A stretch of DNA of 64,000 nucleotides from Marsupella aquatica (Eukaryota; Plantae; Marchantiophyta): positions 21,086,152 to 21,150,151 of the forward strand of contig OZ316896.1 of assembly GCA_973895155.1 (NCBI GenBank), read 5' to 3'. Within the stretch, counting starts at the first letter, position 1; the number at the start of each line of letters is the position of its first letter. Below, piece after piece: positions 26,423 to 37,565 of the stretch. Under the pieces are notes generated by a model that saw only the letters and a program-made list of their open reading frames with translations, was not told where the DNA came from and ran no database searches. The translations under genes were made by a program, and so were the position numbers.

Positions 26423-27827
26423 AAGGGCAAACGAACTATAGCCCTACTCACGAGTAAACTGAAAAACGTGGTAAAGCTTAGGAGTACATTTTAGTGCAGT
26501 ATGAGCTGTGTTGTTGTTCCTTCATTCAGTAATCGAAGACACTTTTGAGAATTCATATCACCAATTGCTCCTGGTAAGGAAGATTTGAAATACATTCCCT
26601 TCAGTAACTGCAAACTCCATAAGCGCAATCCCTCAAGGAGTGAAACCTTTGCAATCCAGTAAGTGATCCCTAAGTGGGGGATCTGAAAGTGTCCAATCAG
26701 TTAAATATACACTTCTATGTAAGCCCCATTTCCTAAATGCCCACCAAAATATGATAATTACATGTCAAATTAATACATATATAGATATGGAGACACTAAA
26801 GTATGTATGATCCATAATACTCATTTTATTCTAAAACCCCTGCTAAAACCCAAAAGTGAGTGCTTAAGAGATCATATACTCTACTGAGGTTATTGGAAGC
26901 TCAGATGGGCACAAACTTTTGACACTGTCATGATACTCCCAGAACCTTATTGTAGTGTAAGAGGTTATATACATGGCAACCATGACAACCAAGGGAACCA
27001 TACACCTTAAGGTGAATGAGAATGGAGGCTCTACATGGAGAGAGTATCACAGGAATCCCCTGAAAACCTTCTATTACCTGTCAAATGCATGTCTACATGT
27101 CCTCCTTGGAACATAAGCCTAAAATATGCTATGTGAATATTTACAATGTTTCATTTGTGTCCATCAGGGTTTTGCTTGTCCATCAAAGCTTCAACTTCCA
27201 AAACGATGTACAGGGGAATGCAGGATTTTGTTAATCAGTGCCATGATTATGTGGTTTATCACTAACATTCACTAGATGACATAAGTACTACATAAGTGTA
27301 ATACTGCACACATCTATATAGATCTGGAACCATTACACATCAAACAAAATTTAATAACATATCTCCATAACTGCAAATGACTGCCAAATCCCTTTCTACG
27401 CATTGGATTTATCCAGGTTGCCTTGTAAATGAGCTTGGGAGATTGTCTATCATCCATACTAACCTTGCTTATTAGCATGTTTGAGGTAACTGCAACCTTG
27501 CATTGCAAAAACTAACAGATAATGTACGGACTATTGGAGTACTTCCAGTTCAATGCACATGGCATTGGGAGGGAGACTTGCTGCCAGGTCTGCTTGAAAT
27601 TTACTAAACCCTCTTCGAATTCAACACCCCTCTACATCTGCAAATCTCTCACTACTCACTGGTATGTATAGGATAATGGAGGAGCTCTGGTCTGATTTTT
27701 ATGCATAAGATAATGGTCATCTGGTCTGGTTTTTTTGTATAGGATAAGGGACATCTGGTCTGGGCTTACTAGACTCTCCAACCAGAAAATGAAGTAACCT
27801 GACCCGCCTAGGGGAGGACCTTAATAG

Positions 27828-27912
27828 TTACTATAAAGTAGGTCTGTATGGGGCTCTAGAAAGACCAGAAAATCTAGGCTAGAACCCATACAGACCTACT
27901 TTATAATAGTAA
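27828..27912. repeat. Inverted repeat / hairpin with a 21-bp perfect stem
   Basis: TATAAAGTAGGTCTGTATGGG (27832-27852) pairs with CCCATACAGACCTACTTTATA (27885-27905), with imperfect extension on both sides. Confidence 0.85.
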
Positions 27913-30315
27913 TTTCAGCCAGGAAAAAAGTTCCTTCCCGGCACCAGCTTATGGTAATAGCTGGTGCCTCCCGAAATTTTTACATGACAGAAATTTGCAT
28001 TCCTTACATAACTTAGGTAGGTTAACACCCACTCCCACAAGTATTCTGACTTGGAACATCCTGGCATCCTCACCCAGAACACCCTCTTCACAGGGTGACA
28101 TTGTACTCGGAAAGTGCTTGGTCCTTTAAGAATTTCTAGGTCAAAACTCCCAAAGGGTCAAATGTTGCGGTCTATGGTCAAATGTTGTTAGTCCATCCGA
28201 ACATCAATTGCCCACTCAAGGTCAAATGTTGTAAGTTCAGCCGAACATCAACTTTTTGAGGTGAAGGTGTGAATTCTTAAATGGCCCAAACCGAGATTGA
28301 AGGCTTCAACAAGGTGCCCTAATCTGAACATAAGCTTCAATTAAGCTCAGCGAAACCATTTTGCAGATGAGGATCGACATACGCTTCTTCTCCCATCGGT
28401 GAACAGTCCATCAAAACATCAACTAATTTTAGACCCTTGCCCAGCAATTTGACGAAACCCTCCGTCTCAGTTCCTTCCCATAGCTTCTTCGCTATTCTCC
28501 ACAACTTGGCCCTTCCTGCTGCTACTTCCCTCGCCTTCAAGTCAGCAGATCTGTCCTTGCCACCTTCATGCTGCTCTCTTTCGATCGGCTTCCCGGGAGC
28601 GATCTGCCCATCTATCCACTTGGTTGTACATCCAGCTTAAAGAAAATGCAGAGTGTCAGCTTCGCACCTCACTCTAGGATTCTACTCCACGAATCCTCCG
28701 ACAAACAATGTCCACGGGCAGTGGTCCTCCAATTCGCGCTTCAGCGGCTGCAGAATAGTCCATCCAATTTCTGGACCAGAGCCCTGATCCCAAAGCACAC
28801 CTACATTCTCAAGTTTGCTGAAGAGTGGGAGCCCTAGAGATATATGAAGAGGAACAGAGCGAGCTAGCAGAACTGATCGAGCAGGGCCCATATCCCCATT
28901 GTTTGGCAAAGACCACCCCTGAAGCATATTTTCCCTCCTCTGTCGATAGGAGATCTGTCGATACCAGATCTCCGCACGACAGTCACATTGATGGCCTAGT
29001 GAAAATTCCGACGATCACAAGAGAAAGTTCCCGGGAAACATCGTAAAATGTCGAAACGATAACCATATTCAACATTTCAACTGCCAGAGACATTTCCGAC
29101 ATCCAAACTTCAGCTCCACGTGAGATAACGGAGTGAATTATCTACAATGTAACGCATCCTTTCATCAACCTCAGTCCAGAGACAAATCTGCAGCTCACAC
29201 TGGCCTTATGCCCACCGGCAGGATCATAGCATACAGGGCTGATATCAGTTTCCCACCTGGTGATTCTGCCATACGCGACCGACACAGCCAACGATCTAAC
29301 AAGCACCCTTGATACCAATCGTAGATTAGAAAATGATACAGAAGTCTAAACTTGAGATACCCCACTGACGACTCACGCATGCGAGCTAACTACCTAGTTT
29401 GCACCAATAGATCCTGCCCACCCACACACGATATCCGATGTTAATCCAACTTTTCTTTACGAAAATCATGCCGAATCACGAATCAATTCTTAATTTCAAC
29501 AATTGCATCCGCAGTAACAGAAGCCAGCCGAAAGAGACAATGCAAGAAAGAATCACCAACTCTCGAATATTGTGACCATCCTCAGTTAACCCACAGATCT
29601 GGACAGCATCGGGATAAAAACGCTTCATACAAATTTCTCCACTTCCAGAGTCAGTTCTCCTAACTACTGGATACTTATCCTACCTGGGCTACTTAGAGGA
29701 GCTGGGCCAACAACTGTGATATCTGTGCACACTAGATGTTTGCCACGCTCTGTGCCAATAGAAATAAATCCTCCTATGAGCTTTAAAAAATTGATTACAA
29801 TTGCAGGCAAAGGGAAATCGCTGCTGCCTCCTAACTGTAGAAGCATTCCTAAATCTACGATTGAAAATAAACGGTACCAATTGTCAGTAATTCAATGCGA
29901 GGGAGACCTGATCTAAGTCAATGTGTTGCCGCAGCTTGGGAAGTAGCAGCAAACTTCTCATAGATCACACTCCTCACACTTTCGTCTGACGTAACTCCCC
30001 ACAGTGCAACACCCTCACGCTCCACCAGAGCAAACAATCCTGTCCCCCACCAGAGGAAACCGTCGGATCCCCAACAGAGCGAATTGGGCCGAAAGACGAC
30101 TGGAGAATTGGGAGCTCGAAGTGGGTTCCTCTAACCGCATGCCAAACGGACTCCCCACCTATTTCCCTGGACAAGGCTCCAGATGAAAAACGAAACGAAG
30201 AAGAGATATGGCTAACGTATGTTGGTTGAAGGCTCCTCCTCCATGGCGAAAATTTGGAAGGATCCAGTATATGTTACAAATAATGCCTCTCCGGACACTG
30301 ATCGGTTACCTAGAT

Positions 30316-31452
30316 CTATGATGACTCAGACGTTTGCCTCTTCCCTGCCTCCACGTTGAAGGTGTTGCTGCTAGGGTTCAGAGGCTGATTCTCCTCATCG
30401 GTGGAGACGGGTGGAGGAGGTGGCTTACGTTTTATAGTGCTTTGCTGGTAGAGAACCCCTCCCCCAATGCAGATCAGTAGACCTACTGTGCCAACCAGAG
30501 ATGCGTGCTTCTCCCAGATGAAGAGGTTGATCACCACCGTGAGAAGCTTGTTGACCACTCCCAGCACTGTGAAGCTGGTGGCCGAGATGGTCCTCCTGCA
30601 TGAGAATCCGAAGAAGGATATCGAGAGCCCAAACAAACAAGAAAGAATCACAGGGAACCACACCGTCATCGAGGTCCAGTCCACCGACAGATCTTTCGCC
30701 GAATTTTTAATGTCGAGCCCCTCTCCCATCACAAACAGCTCAATAGGGAAAAGTAAAAGGGCCTCCAGGTTGTTGTACAGCACCAACCCCCACGTGTTGA
30801 GACCGATCGTCATGACGATGTGCTTGATGTAAACGAAATCAACAGACATACTGGCGAGATATGCCAAAGCCCAATAGTAGGTCTTGAGCTTGAATTCCGA
30901 GTCAGTCCCCACATAAATCACTGATCCGGCAAGAATTACTCCCAGGGACGCCCACGTCTTCTTCGATGGCCATGGCTGCTTGAGGTACACCGTCTCGCCG
31001 ATGGCCACAAAGAGAGGGACAGCCGATCGGAACACGATGAAGGTATCTACATTGGCGTTGAGGAGGAGTTCACTATTAGTGAACAGCGACAAATAATAAC
31101 AAACTGCAGCCGGCAGAAACTTCCACATGGTGTGTAGGTTGAGCCGATCGTGTTCCAGCAGTCTAACGATGCCAAACAACCACACTCCGCCGGCGCTGGT
31201 GGCGTACTGGAGGGCCGTCAAGGCGCCCGGGAAGGGAAACACGGTGATGGCCCATTTGTTGATGATGGACAGCAGAGAGGCCGACAGGCAGTAGCCGATC
31301 GCAATACTGAAGACAGAGAGCTCACCGATGTGAACGAGTGCCTTGTCTTTGAGCTTGGTGAACAAATTGCTCACCTGCTGCTCTTGTGGAGTCAGCCTCA
31401 ATGCATCCTCTATCGATCCCTTGTCCCCTGCGCCTCCTCCCCCCTGCATCAT
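30316..31452 (-). CDS. GONST3: Golgi nucleotide-sugar transporter GONST3/GGLT1 (GDP-sugar transporter, TPT/SLC35 family), 378 aa, single coding exon
   Basis: Intact ORF containing GYCLSASLLSIINKWA, FPGALTALQY, YLSLFTNSELLLNANVDTFIVFRSAVP, GLNTWGLVLYNNLEALLLFP, SFFGFSCRRTISATSFTVLGVVNKLLTVVINL and GGVLYQQST, closely matching Arabidopsis GONST3/GGLT1. First ATG at 31452 (MMQGGG), stop TAG at 30318-30316. Confidence 0.96.
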   Translation of the reverse strand: MMQGGGGAGDKGSIEDALRLTPQEQQVSNLFTKLKDKALVHIGELSVFSIAIGYCLSASLLSIINKWAITVFPFPGALTALQYATSAGGVWLFGIVRLLEHDRLNLHTMWKFLPAAVCYYLSLFTNSELLLNANVDTFIVFRSAVPLFVAIGETVYLKQPWPSKKTWASLGVILAGSVIYVGTDSEFKLKTYYWALAYLASMSVDFVYIKHIVMTIGLNTWGLVLYNNLEALLLFPIELFVMGEGLDIKNSAKDLSVDWTSMTVWFPVILSCLFGLSISFFGFSCRRTISATSFTVLGVVNKLLTVVINLFIWEKHASLVGTVGLLICIGGGVLYQQSTIKRKPPPPPVSTDEENQPLNPSSNTFNVEAGKRQTSESS

Positions 31453-31654
31453 CGTGTCCACTCCTCCTTCCGCCCTCCCCCGGCCGTCTAATTCGAAAAT
31501 CGGCCCAGTTCCGCGATGCTCCTCTCCTTCTGAGAGTCGAGAAGAACGATAATCAGACAAGAGGACGTGTGCGAAACACTCAGAAGAAGGCGAGATCCAA
31601 ATCAAGCCAGATGCGGATCACGCCGACGAAGAACCGACAGCTCTTCCTCGTGAG

Positions 31655-31656
<2 letters not shown>

Positions 31657-31687
<31 letters not shown>
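31657..31687 (-). promoter_or_regulatory. (GA)15 repeat in the inferred GONST3 5' UTR (possible BBR/BPC GAGA element)
   Basis: (CT)n on the + strand, ~200 nt upstream of the ATG, inside a ~700-nt stretch with no minus-strand ATG. Confidence 0.6.
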
Positions 31688-31690
<3 letters not shown>

Positions 31691-34339
31691 CAGTACGATG
31701 AAAGTCCAACGGAGCTCACTGGTTCCAGTCTCGTCTCCCTTGCTCACCAGTCCTCGCCTCGATCTCCCGTTCGTCGTTACTTCCGGAATGTCACACTCGC
31801 CGACAAGACTCGAGCGCAGGGCAGGGCAGGAGAATGAAATCACTCCTGCTCTGTGCTCCTCCCTTCCTCCTTTCTGTCGGTCCGCAATGCAATCAGTCAA
31901 AAGTGTCAGCGGTCCTCCTCTCCTCCCTTCTCCTCCTCCACACTACAGTACAGTATCCTCCTCACACACCACAGTACTTCCACGACAAGATTCCAATGCT
32001 TCAGACAATCTGGGCCGGGCAGCGAAGGGGCAGGCCGGAGCTGGGGCGAGCGATCTCCAGTAAGATCTCCACTCCGTCTGCTATATGATTACGCTACACC
32101 TTTCTGCTGCTCAACAGCTACTGCTGTGTTCGCCCCCTCCTCGACTCTAATTAGTCTAATCATATAGATCTCTCTCTTTTCCTGCTGACCCGCACCAAAT
32201 CCGACCGGCTGTTGTCACTAACGCCTCAGGAACGTCACTTCCGGAACTCGAAAATCAGACTCACAAATTAATGGCTCCCGCATTAAAGGGCCTCGCCTCG
32301 ATAGCATTAATTTGCACGTTGGCATATAGTCAAAGACGTTCTACGTCGTTCTCTCTATTCTCTCTCGCCCTCGTCCCATCCTTCCATACCATCATAAACT
32401 TCGATAATGTGTGATTACCGGGCAGGGGTCCCTTGCCACCATCCTTCTTCTCATGCTTCTCCTGCTGTCATTGTCCGCAATTCCCGTCTATGCGTTCAGT
32501 TCTATAAACTCCGACTCCGATGGGTTTAGAGGGTGTTTAGAGTCATCAGCACGGTTGTCTCGTGCGAAACTCCACGCACTTATGACATGCCTGAGAGATT
32601 CTCTTCAGAGCTCAAAGTGATCCTCCCTTCTTTTAAATTCTTTCCTTGCGATAACGCCCTCATGCGAATCCGCACCAAACCCCGTGATAATAATAATAGT
32701 AGTCTGCTCTCTTTCTACACCACTTTTCACCGCAGCTTCGAACTCGCACCATTAGATGTGCGACCTTTTCGCAGGCTAGTGTTTTATATTCCCTACGCCA
32801 CGGCTTCCGTGTAGCCTCCCTGTCCCCTGTCCGGCTTCATCACCATTCTTCGATGATTGCCAGAGCTGGAGGAATCGAATAGGAGCAGCACGTCTCCGCC
32901 CCCTTTTTCCTTGTACCCTCGCTTCCTGGCCAGCGAGCTTCTTTCCAGCTTAGGTGAATTGTTTAATGGAGGAGATTTGGTTTTAAGTACTTGCGTGCGT
33001 GCCGATCCAGTTCAATTTCAATCTTATGAAATTTAATCAACGGCAGAGACAGAAACGCAATTCTTCAGGTCGCTCGATCGTTATTCACTTGTTGAACGAC
33101 GGGAGCGAAAGCGATGGCCGGCAGCGAGCATGGTTGGGCCTACACGCCTACAGTGGTGGTGCACAGTTCGGCAGATTCAGAGGAACACGGATTTTACTGT
33201 ACAATCATGATGCACAAACTGGTTGCACATCAGGAGTCGTGAGTGCACAATGGCAGAGTGCAGTCCACCGAATTCAGCCATCGACACAATTCAGCTCAGT
33301 CGCAATTTGTGTGTTTCGAACAGGGGTCTCAAAGGCTTTTACTTTTTTTCGCTAGAGTGGCGAATGTCCAGTGTGTGTGTAGGAGAAGATGTTCAAAATA
33401 TTTCTTATTTGATTATTGTCCAGACCGTCAGATTTCCCTAGATTTAAAGATGACAGCTAGATTTGATTAGTGGCTAATGGGACAGACAAATACAAGCTTA
33501 TTGGGGAGGTGGAAAATGCTGGTCTCAAACCATAGGTCCACAACACAAAACCTATCCAGAAAGTAAAAGTTTCTCTCTGCAGTCATGGGTGTGCGGACAA
33601 GCATTAAGGGTGTCTCAATCTTCTTTGTTTTGCCTCAAGTTGGGGTCAAGTGAGTTTAACTGGAGAAAAAATTGCAGACACAAAAATGTTTGTCCGCACT
33701 CTCCTGATAGTGGATCAAAATTGCTATTTTCAGGACAGGTTTTTTTTTTGGCGGACCTGAAAGCTTGAGGCACCCTAAGATAGTGATGTTTTGCAGACCA
33801 TAATGCCATGGAAAATGAGGGCTTTTTCTTCAGTTTTGAGGGGCTTGTTTTTTGAGAATTATTAATTTATCAATTTTAGTAGAAATAGAGGAGATATTTC
33901 ATAATGAGCTCACCCCCAAATCTTGACTGGGTATTCTATCTTTTTTTGCCTGGAAATCAAAAGCTAACCCATCCAACAAAGGATAGACTATTAAGTTCTG
34001 AATATGCACCTATGTGAGATAGCCCACAAGAGGGGTCAAACCCAGGACCAGGAGGGAGAGAGGGTTGGACCAAAGCCCCAAAAGGGACAAGCCAAGTGCT
34101 GAGGAGAAATCAAGACTCTCACCACTACACTCCACCCAATGACCCCCGACAACCAGGCACACTCACACTTGACTACCCTTGCATGAGGAGGGAGGATTGA
34201 CCTGGGGCAGCTTGGTTCTAGGTTCATCCCCTCGCCAATTGACCAAAGCGAGTTGATTTTGACAGGGCATTCTTCTCCATAAATGTAGTGACACAAAGAG
34301 AAAAATCAGGGCATTGTGTGTCATAATGCCCCATAATGT

Positions 34340-34802
34340 AGAGAGTATACCATGCATGAGTGCACCGTGTATAAGTGCATTCTGTGGGTAATTTCATACT
34401 TTACTGGTAGTGTAGTCCCCTAATATTATAGCATTTTTATTTGTAAATGCATCAAAAAATGTACCATCTGTAAGTGCAGGTTGATGTCTCTAAACGACAA
34501 ATACATAGGCGCAATTCCATCTATAAGAGTGCACATACATTGATCAATTACTCCAACACATATGTTAGAAGCATTTTTTGATAAGTACAGCCAACAACTC
34601 TACATAGTAGTTGTATGCACTTATTGAGTTAAATTGTGCAGTAGAGTATTCAGGGTATGAGGTGCCTAAAGTGTATGACCTGACAAGACACTTGTAGAAA
34701 TGCATAAGCAATTTCACATGCACTTATTGGAAAGTACAATATGCACATATGAATAAGTGCATAAATGATGCTCATGCACTTATGAAATATACATAAGTGC
34801 AA
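34340..34802. mobile_element. CACTA-like terminus and clustered ATAAGTGCA motifs
   Basis: TTTACTGGTAGTG ending at 34412 is the reverse complement of CACTACCAGTAAA. Many ATAAGTGCA/TGCACTTAT motifs occur in both orientations, and similar motifs recur at ~54750-55215. Confidence 0.4.
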
Positions 34803-35418
34803 GTTTGTGGTGTTATTATGAGATCTTGCACTTCGACACGGTAGACTATAAAGGTCCCAAAACTGGACCCTTCCTGCATGTTAAGGTTGACCATATATGC
34901 ATAATGGCCCACCTTGGGACCATTGGTCACAGCGAGGGATAGTTGCACTCTATGTTTGCCACAAACAGGCCATCTATGATGCTAAAAGCAGAAACAGTAC
35001 AATATGGTTGTCTTGTCCTTGCACATGCCAACAATTGATGACGTTTGAATGTCTTCGACCCTACATGCACTCCTGGATGTAAATTGATGATGTGGCAAAT
35101 TTGATTAGCCCAAATGCTTATGTAATCGACCACTGCCTTAACAAAAGCTTTAGCTTAAGTTTCGAGGGGGCTATTGTAGTCCATAATGTCCTGGTAACAG
35201 GACCTTAATGCACGTACAAGCCGAAGAGATATTTATTTTACTAATCTTATTAGAAGTAAAGGAAAATTTCATTATGAGTTGACTCTGTCTTGACTATGTG
35301 TACTTCTCCATAAATGAGCTGACAATTACAAGGAGAAATTTCAACAAATGGAGCAGGACGCACACTACAGATTTGGATCAGAGCATTGTGAAACTTGTGC
35401 TAAAGCTATGTACATCCA

Positions 35419-35660
35419 CATGTCTTCGCCTAGGCATGTCATGTCTACAACTATATTCTAATGGAAACAGGTGTGCCATGTCTACAATTATTCTCCCTCA
35501 TGTCTTCACCTTGGGCATGCCATGTCTTCTATTTTCCTGTGTGGAAACAGATGTGCCACGCCTACAATTATTCCTCCCTCATGTCTTCATCTTAGGTGTG
35601 GCATGTCTAAGATTATCCTCTGATGCAAACAGGCATGCCATGTCTACGATTATTCCTTTG
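35419..35660. repeat. Tandem repeat, ~80-bp unit x3 (built from ~40-bp sub-units)
   Basis: CATGTCTTC.CCT.GG..TG.CATGTCT...GGAAACAG.TGTGCCA.G.CTACAATTATT units start at ~35419, ~35498 and ~35580. Confidence 0.8.
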
Positions 35661-36554
35661 ATGTAAACAAAAAAAGCTATGAGCCTTTCTCGCTTTTTCT
35701 CTTTGCAACATTTGGGGCTTAGTTTGCATATAGCAAAGTACTATGGGACATGACCGGTCACTTCCATTCTAGATTTCATCAGAACCGTTCATATCAAATG
35801 ACCAGTTCATTTTTGCTTTAAACAATTTGAGTGGGCACTTGTACAAGAAATCTTGAAGGACTGGGTCCCCAAAATTGGTCATGTCCATGGTGTACTTTTG
35901 GTAAAAGTTTAAACCACCTCTTGAGGCAGTAATTTGCAAGGACTGCTTGGTCTCTTCTCCTTTTGTCAGTACAATATTCAATGTAGTACTTGACCACCTT
36001 CTTAGATCAGGTTGCTGTCAAAATAGAACAAGGTATGGTAAAACACAAGTGACCAGCCAGTTTTGTCCCAGTTTTGTCTGTGTCTCTTCCTGGGGAATCA
36101 CTTGGTGTAAAGCCTCTACTAATAAGTGAGAACAGTCACAGTAATTAAATGTGAGAAAATAAATTACATAAATTAGAAAACACTGGACGGTACCCATTAT
36201 TATACAACTTTGACAATATTTATAATAGCTAAGTATAATAAATAAATTTTGCCAAATAAATTTGCAGATGCCTGTAGTAGAAGTTATTTTACTACAAGTA
36301 GTAGCTCAATGAGATTAAAATATTAACCTTCACTTGCTGCACTGCGTTCTAATAATCCCCAAGGGAGTCTCTATATTATAAAGCTGCCTAAGAAGAAGTG
36401 GGGCACTTGTGACATTTTTCACCAAAGAAAATTGCAATAGTGGACTAGTGGTGAATAACATTAAATGATGGAACCAGGGATAGAACCCAACAGGTGTAAC
36501 AAGGTGATAAAGAGATAAATAACTATTTACTCCTTAACAACTCGATTTCGTTTC

Positions 36555-37396
36555 CGTTAGGAGTGGATAAGATCGAAAAGACTGAACTAACACAATTTGA
36601 GAAGTTTACACCAACATTCTTAGGTTGGAGAGATTTCTAATGATCTCCTTAACATAAGTGTTTAACCACAAACTCAAGTGGGTAATCCTTAAGATTCACA
36701 GTGCAATAATAAAGACTAGAATTAACAAAGATTGAAACTAGAGAGAGTAGGTAGGAGGTTTCAAAACGCAAGGAAATTGAATTCCGACCATCACCACTCC
36801 TTCAATAAGGATTATGGTCTAATTTAAGATTCGGAAATCAACATTGTATATGCTTTTTGATTTCTCATAGCAACTCTTCTCCATCTCTTGAATTTAGAAG
36901 ACAACAATGTAAATCAACCCGGGACACTTTTCTGGTCTTGCTTAAGACGGTACTAGGATACTCGAATTGGTTTACTTCTCCTACTATCCTTAAGATTGCT
37001 TATTTGAGTTTCACGTAAATTCTAATTTCTCTTTGGTGAATCTTCTATATGAATTGGTCACAGACCTTGCTGATCTTCCAATATCATCATAGGCACACGC
37101 TAGTATTCATTGAATATTGCACAACAACTCAAAGGGTTGCTAATCTTGAAACTTCTCTTTACTTAACCATGGTAAAAAGAAGGGAAGAAAAGACATAGAT
37201 TTCTCCAAAATCAAAATGGGGAAATCAAATGCATCTCTCTCTCCCAGGGTTGACTTTGGGTTCTCCTCCTTTTGTACTAAAAGTGGAGATTATGAAAAGA
37301 CATGCCTCTTCAAAACCCAAGTCTAAAGAAATATGTAAATAAAAGTGAACTATCCTAGTCAAAAATGGAGTAGAGTTTCCAATGGATACACCAACA
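36555..37396 (-). mobile_element. LTR-like non-coding segment
   Basis: Minus strand runs TGTTGGTGTATCC (37396) to CACTCCTAAC(G) (36555) with LTR-like composition. No matching TSD or PBS was found. It may be the distal part of the element starting at 41368. Confidence 0.35.
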
Positions 37397-37565
37397 AAAT
37401 ACTGGAGTCTACTTACTCATATACTAATCTATATAGCTATTTCTAGGTCTAAACTAATGTGGCTCTAACTCTCTAAATATAACTCTATTCTGGTCCTAGC
37501 TTTTGGGAAGGAACCTCCTCAGGGTTAGCCATGGCAAGGGGTTCTGGTCGAAGGAAAACTCCCTG

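Noticed and set aside
28337-29046. Coding-like segment with ORFs on both strands
   Set aside because: Stops interrupt every frame and no motif could be assigned, so it is left unannotated pending BLASTX.
31453-31605. N-terminal 51 aa of the 429-aa ORF call
   Set aside because: It starts at TTG and has no transporter similarity. The first ATG is at 31452, which matches the expected length of GONST3.
31386-32063. 225-aa plus-strand ORF overlapping the GONST3 start
   Set aside because: Low-complexity S/L/P translation of the CT-rich antisense of the 5' UTR, with no recognisable domain.
32411-32620. Small ORF resembling a signal-peptide-bearing secreted peptide
   Set aside because: It has a GTG start, the hydrophobic run is explained by CT-rich promoter DNA, and no peptide-family motif is present.
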